DNA of 58,213 nucleotides, filler included, from Basidioascus undulatus (taxonomy: Eukaryota), in NCBI GenBank assembly GCA_000826855.1. It is 4 parts of 4 records of this genome, joined end to end, with 100 filler letters (N's around TTAATTAATTAA, not from the genome) between each part and the next. Parts side by side here need not be neighbours in the genome. Positions count along the whole stretch, not along the records: positions 43,765 to 58,213 come from JTLS01000726.1; 3 more parts are not named here. One strand, 5' to 3'. Shown in pieces: positions 52,330 through 58,213 of the stretch. The notes under the pieces were generated by a model that had not been told where the DNA came from, ran no database searches, and was given only the letters and a program-made list of their open reading frames with translations. The position numbers and the translations under genes are program-made. Numbering within the stretch: position 1 is the stretch's first letter; every line of letters begins with the position of its first letter.

Positions 52330-54111
52330 GAGAATGAAAATGTGTAAAAGGGACAGGTGAAAAGCTGAGAACGAAAGGGAGCGTGGTGGGCGATGTGTCG
52401 CGCTCTGGTAGGAAAGGGTATCTCTGGCGTCCAGGTCGTGCTGAGAAGGGCTCGTTGGCGGTCAGCGGCTTCGGACGAATCAGCCATGAAGGACGCACGG
52501 CGTTCGTGGGGCGACATAGTGGGTCGTGATGGAGCATCTAGTGTCGGGCGTCGTGTCGTAATCTACAGAGTCGCTTCGTGCTCAGCGCCTGCGGAGCGGA
52601 GAAGGAAAGGCTGCTGCAGAACGAGAACGCACCAAACCCAGCGGTATTGCTGCGCCTCGGCGAGCTTTTTCTCAACGCAGTGCTCGCCATGGTGCGTCTT
52701 GACTTTGACTGTAATACAATCTTCCCCCCGCAACATGCTGGCGCTTAGTTCCTTTACAGTTCAAGAACGACATCACCAACATGACGCGCAGTGACCACCA
52801 ATTCGTCGCTCTGGAGGCGAAAGACCATGTGCGTATGCGGTCGTTCGGCAGCCCTCTGCGCTTTCCCGTTGCAGTCGCAAATACCCCACAGGACTCGGCC
52901 CCCCGGATCTACGAGTACTTCCAGAAGAACCAGGTCTTTATCCGCCCCGGCGCCCAGCAGCCCATCACGGTCGGGTACGGAATCCGGCCAGAGTACATTC
53001 GCTGAATGCCTTGCCCTCCCCCTGTAACCGCTGTAGCTCATCGCGCTTGCTCCCACAGCCACAACAAGGCTTTCCGCAAGCAGTGCGAGGATCTGCTTCG
53101 GCTAGTCGCGTCTTTCAACCCCTTCAGAATGAGACGGCGAACTACAATCTGGGATACTGCGGCTTTCAGCTGCCGGATAGAGAGGTTACGGCTGGATATG
53201 GCCGCAAGGTTGAGCTTGTCGAAGGTTGGCTGGTGCTGTCCCCATCCCATACAAAGGAATCAGCGGCGTGAATGTTAGGTGACTCTTGAAACAGGCAACG
53301 CACCGCCTTGATCATCTGGACCTCGGCCCAGCCCTCGCCCACCTTCGTACCCCAAACCGGGCCGAGCTGCGAGGGAGAGCGTAGAGCGGAAAGGCGGGAA
53401 GAGGACGAAGGCGAAAGCGGCAGATCTCGGGAAAACACACACTTTCCAGAACTCCCAGATGAGCAAGGCTTGGACTTGGTCGCTGTGCAGGTCCAGTCGG
53501 AGACCTCCCACTCGCACGGTGGACACGAGCAGCATCGAGATGTGGACCTTGGACGCCGGCGGCGTCCTTGAGGGTCGAGCCGTTCCGCTTGAGGGCCTCG
53601 AAAGCAGCAGCCTATGCGGTATCCAGACAAAAGACATCAGCGAAGGTCGTGTGGGCGAGCGCCTCTGTGAACATGGTTGAGACCCACCCGACTCGCAAAT
53701 TCAACAATCGTAGACTGCGTGTCAAAGAGCTCTTTGACCTCCATTCGTGCGATGGTCCCGAACTCTATAGGGCCGTGTACTTAGCCAATCGAGAGTGAAA
53801 GATCATCCAGCCGGCAACGACTCACTCACGCAAACAGACGGGTGACCGTCTCGAGAGGCACATCGGTGGGAAATCCCCACGCGATGACCGTGGCGTGGTT
53901 CGGTTCTGCGGAGACGACCCCACCCTGATGAGCTGCGACATCCGACGGAAAATTCGTGGAAACGAAACTCACACTTTCACAAGGTTCACGGGTACAGCAC
54001 CTGTGCGGCCGTCCCCCATCCGCAGCCGTTGGCCTCCTGGTCGTCAGTCGATGCGTGCGCCTGACGCTTTGCAGGACCGGCCGGCAAGGCGGAGGAGGTG
54101 GAAGCGGACAT
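52330..54111 (-). pseudogene. Divergent multi-RRM protein, copy A; disrupted, with segment ~52640-53005 inverted to the + strand
   Basis: Spliced minus strand gives 'ATVIAWGFPTDVPLETVTRLFA|EFGTIARMEVKELFDTQSTIVEFASR|AAAFEALKRNG', 'STVRVGGL...FWK|LGPVWGTKVGEGWAEVQM' and 'RLILKGL'. Plus strand gives 'LNAVLAM|FKNDITNMTRSDHQFVALEAKDH|DSAPRIYEYFQ...PITVGYG'. Confidence 0.6.
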
Positions 54112-55906
54112 CTTGGATAGTTCGAGTGGAATATGGGGTGAGCGCATGGAGGGAGGGGACGCAGGACGCGGGCGTGCGGGGAGTCGGGGTGAAAGGACTA
54201 GGGAGGCGGAGAAGATGGAAGAGAAGGGAAGGATGCGCGGGGTGATGTGTGGAAAGAACTAAATCTGGGCTTGCATCGTTCAGGACATGGCATGACCCTA
54301 CGCAGGGCTGGGCGCTCTGGGCGTTGGGCGTTCTGGGCGGTGAGGCGGAAGGGGAAGGAGGGTGGGCAAATCAGAACCCATGAAATCGCTATGCTGCACC
54401 GCATTACCGTCTGTGCACCTTGGATATACTACCGAAACTATTCTGGAATGAATCCCCATTCATGCCATATCGTGAGGAAAGGCCAACATAGTATCCGCGG
54501 CTTTCAGCTGACTGACAGTACGCCGGTCATCCGGTCTTTTGACCTGAAGGTACTCAGGGTTTCCCTATAGCTTCACCTGACGAGCTATTCTGATGAATGA
54601 TCAATATTTTCTTCTTTGAAACTGAAGGTAGGAGGAGGTCCATCCTGCAGTGACGCATTCGACACAGCACCGTTGAAGAGTGCCCGATGCCTTGCGGAGG
54701 ATTATTTCATAATATTCCCGCAATGTATTCGGAAATGGGCTCCATTTGGGATTTTTTTCATTTCTAGGACAGTCGTGTCATGGTAGCCACTTGAGCAGGC
54801 GCAGCGGCAGTATCAGCGATGCTTGCTGGGGTTGCTGCCAAGTTTCTCTCCATCCTCCTTCACTCCAGGGCTAGTTTCCTCAACAAGACCTTTGTAGCAC
54901 ACTTTTTTAAAACAGAGGTTCTTACTGTCGAGAGCTGTACGCGAGCGAGAACGGGCAAAGGCTTGCATGGCCGCCTCGCTTGCCAGGGCTGGGGAAGTGG
55001 GCCCATGCACGCTGTCTTGGTGCTGATGCTGGAAGGGGTGAGGCGGCTTTCCGTCCCAAAACTCCCAGTTATGTTCTCCGCTTTGCGAAGCGTTTTTCTC
55101 TTGGTTCAAGCGCTTTTCCTTCGTCTCAACCTCTTGAGGTTATCCTATGAGCTATACTGGTTCCCTTCACGGGTGAGCTCTTGTCTTGAACATGTAGGAT
55201 GATTCAATCTCACCTTTTTTGCTAGAATGTGGGAGAGTCCTCACTACCGTTTCAAGAGAAGATTGCAGTGCGGATTGCCATCGCATATTGTGCTCGAAAC
55301 ACCTGACCTTGAGCGGTTGGCTGATGTTTAACATGGTTTCTCTCCGAAAGAAGATAGCCACTTTCGTCAAGTTAAATACCTGAAGTTCAGGTCGAGGTGG
55401 GAATCTGGTGGTGCGAGTCGAGCATCGGACGATGGTCCACCAGACTACCTTGGTGGTCAGTGCCACGCTGGAGGTCTTCTCTCACGAGGGCGGCTTGGTG
55501 CTGACGGGCCTGAAACCCAATAAAAAATAAGAATATTCTCCTCCCAAGGCGCCAGCGGGACTCCAAAGCTAATGTATATCAGGAAGAAGTAGAAGGATGG
55601 CATTCCGCACGGAGAGTTCGCAGAAGTCGAGCTTCTGTGACCTGGAAAGCGTGGAACTCATCTTGTGAATCTCAGCCCATAGGCTTTGCTGAATCTTTCT
55701 TACAAGAAAAAGCCTTAAGCGTGGGTCTCAGCTGATTTTATAAGAAAGGCCAGCTGTAACCGCGGAAGAGCGGGGGTGTAGAGAGCCGCTCCATGACGCA
55801 TTCTTATACCACGTCTTGACACCCAAAGGTTCTACCACACATTAAAGGTCTGCAACAACCTCCTTGTATACAGGCTCGTCGGTGTCGATAAGATTTTAGG
55901 CGCAAA

Positions 55907-55933
55907 GCTGAGTGCTGAGCGCTGAGCGCTGAC
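55907..55933. repeat. Short 7-bp tandem repeat (GCTGAGY x ~4)
   Basis: gctgagt gctgagc gctgagc gctgac. Confidence 0.7.
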
Positions 55934-56390
55934 AGTCGAATGCTCACTACCAGCTCTCATCAATCCAACGCCCTTCCGCGCCCGCTCTACATGGCGGTAG
56001 CTGCGCTTTCTTTAAATTTTGCTTTCTTTCCCTCCTTCCTCTCCCTATGGTATTGAACGTCTTCTATATACGCGTATTTGGTGATGAAGCTTGGCTGTGT
56101 GTCTGCGGGCATGGGAATGCGCCGAGTCGTTCGCTCGTGCTCACGTTTTGAACCTGCGTAAAGACCTCCCCCGTCCATTCTTCCATTCAGATTCACAAGG
56201 GCCAGTGCTTGTATAATTGCGCGTTCGTTTCACATCAGGCAATGGTCGTGCAGTTGTCGCTTTCAGTACGTGAATGTAGGCGAAAGCAGCGTATTGCAAG
56301 CGATGCGTGTGGTACGACAGGAGAATTCATATGAAGCATGGAAAAGAAGACATCATTGACAAGGAGCGAGATGAGTCAGGGATGGGAAAT

Positions 56391-57660
56391 TCATGAAGGT
56401 GAGAGCGAATGGCGTAAGAAGTAAAGAAGCGTGTAGGGTCGGTCTTTTATCGAACAGGGGACAGGAAAGCGGAAATCGTAAGTAAGGGGGAGCTGAGGAA
56501 ACCCATAGGCGGAAGGCCTGTTTAAGAAGGGACAGGAATGGCGGTCGGGAAGGAAGGGTACCTTAGGCGCTCGCGTCGTGCTGAGGATAGCCCAGCGACG
56601 GTTAGCTGTCAGGCTCGCGGGTTCAGACGGAGTAGCGACGAAAGACGCACATCGTTGGTCGGGTGGCATAGAGGGTTGTGGTAGAGCGGTTCGTGTCGTG
56701 TCGTGCCGTCATCTTGTACACCCCTTCCAGGTGGGCAGGTGGGACAGGGCTGGCGCTGGAGGTATCAGAATATGCGGGAGGCCGACGCCTGTGGAAAGAT
56801 GTGTGGTTTGAGCGGAAATGTGTGGGGGATGCAGACGGTGACTGCATACGCACATGGTCGTTCGCCTCGAGAGCGACAAACTGGTAATCCTTGTCGACCT
56901 GGATCGTGCGCGTCACGTTGGCGATCTCTTGGTTAAGCTTCAAGTGCAAGCAAAGGGGGTTATATTGCGGGTGGGGAGAGTGCATGACAGTCACGACGTA
57001 CCATAGCAAGAACGGCGTCAAGCTCTGCAGTGGTCGTCCCAGGGTGCAAGCTCTTGAGGATGAGACAGTTTTTTGAGCGTCTGGTATGTTGCCGACTTGT
57101 CCTAATAAATGTAGAGGTTCGGGGTGGCGACAAAGGAGAGGTCGAACTTCTTGCCGGCCGCCGCGAACTGTGTCCAATGTCCATTGCCATCTCAACAGGA
57201 ACGAGCCCATATGCTACATCTGAGCCTGCAAGCGCTCTTTCCGTCGAAAGCGCACAGGAGCCCCACTTCTACTGTTTTCTGCGAGTGAAGGTTCACGGAA
57301 ATGACGGGACGTGCAAGTGCTCTCAACCTCTTAACGGCCGTTCAAGATAGCTTCATTTCCTTATTTGCCTATCCGCGAAGAGGACAGTATACTACACTGC
57401 GGGTGTACAGGAGTGGGATCTCCGGACCGGATGGTGCCATCCGACTGGCTCCGATAAGCCGGAGGATACCGCCGCGTTTACTCCTTTAGGAATCCCACCG
57501 AGCACTCTGGATTGAAATTGTAATAGGGATGTCAAAGGACAATGGACTGGAACAAGTCGGCTGCGTCGCTTCCCCTGGGTCTCGACTGCGCCATCCATGG
57601 CGATCAAGGCGATTGCGGACAATGACCTGCGCATCGACAACACTGAGTAAACGAGCAATA
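56391..57660 (-). pseudogene. Divergent multi-RRM protein, copy B, disrupted
   Basis: 'NCLILKSLHPGTTTAELDAVLAM|LNQEIANVTRTIQVDKDYQFVALEANDH|ASASRIF*YLQ', then 'RHEPLYHNPLCHPTND|HD'. Intron positions match copy A. Upstream 'RVLGGIPKGV' is RRM beta1-like; 5' boundary uncertain. Confidence 0.55.
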
Positions 57661-58213
57661 TGCCGCTTTTGTGTTTAGGGTCCCAATAGTGCCCAGGACC
57701 GCGGCCAGCATCATGAGGCCGAACGCTCCTCGCCTATCAGACAGTCGAGCTTACACTCACTACCCGCCGTACTTCTTCCATTCCCAGCAAAACAAAGCAC
57801 GGAAAGAGTTTTACCTCCCTCCCATCATTCGAAAACACACTCACTGCCCCCGTCAGTCATGCGTCCATTCTCCATTCTTGCGCCAGAACACCTCACCACC
57901 GCGTGCCGTCTCCCCCTCCGCTCCGTCGTTTTCCGCCCCTTCCGCCGCGCCCCTCCTAGCGCCGGCATTACGCGCCTGGAGCCGGATATGCACGCACCGG
58001 GGATTGCGCAAAATCTTTCACTTCATTTTCATAAAACCTTTACGGCGAGAGGTCGCGTGCCCGTCCGGTCGATCCCCTGCATATGAACGCGATGCGCAGC
58101 CTAATCCCCTCTCCTCGCTCTGTCCGCGTTTCTGCATCCCCACCTCCTCCCTATCCCCAACCCCACGCGCACGCAATCCGTAAGCCACAACCCACAAGCA
58201 AGCCGAGGGGACA

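Noticed and set aside
55330..55390. 'FN(L)DESG'-like motif suggesting a pogo/Tc1 transposase remnant
   Set aside because: Needs a frameshift, and no other DDE motifs or terminal inverted repeats were found.

Overview
Eukaryotic, intron-rich fungal DNA, most likely a basidiomycete (GTGCGT/GTGAGT donors, CTGAC/CTAAC branch points, strongly GC3-biased housekeeping genes). The window is four separate contigs of about 14.5 kb joined by artificial 100-nt spacers (44 N + TTAATTAATTAA + 44 N) at 14507-14606, 29099-29198 and 43665-43764, so adjacency across spacers is not biological. Conserved genes: Prp2/DHX16-type splicing helicase (5' part), Cet1-type RNA triphosphatase, a 4-coumarate-CoA-ligase-like acyl-CoA synthetase with a peroxisomal signal, NDC80, ATP2, a SNF2-type helicase (3' part), cytosolic Ile-tRNA ligase (3' part), a CRAL-TRIO protein, SEC7 and an intron-containing tRNA-Ala(AGC). 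Between them lies accessory, largely decaying DNA: four F-box/LRR-like paralogues (one intact), a DUF4238 gene, HhH-like, MYND and Cys-rich membrane pseudogenes, a dead chromodomain Ty3/Gypsy element followed by an extra ORF, a decayed tRNA-Asn, and two divergent multi-RRM paralogues, one with an internal inversion. The best leads are the multi-RRM pair, a long hairpin in an ATP2 intron that pairs with its 5' splice site, the Gypsy-adjacent ORF and the DUF4238 gene. I found no clear multi-gene novel system. All family calls come from motif recognition by eye, not database searches.
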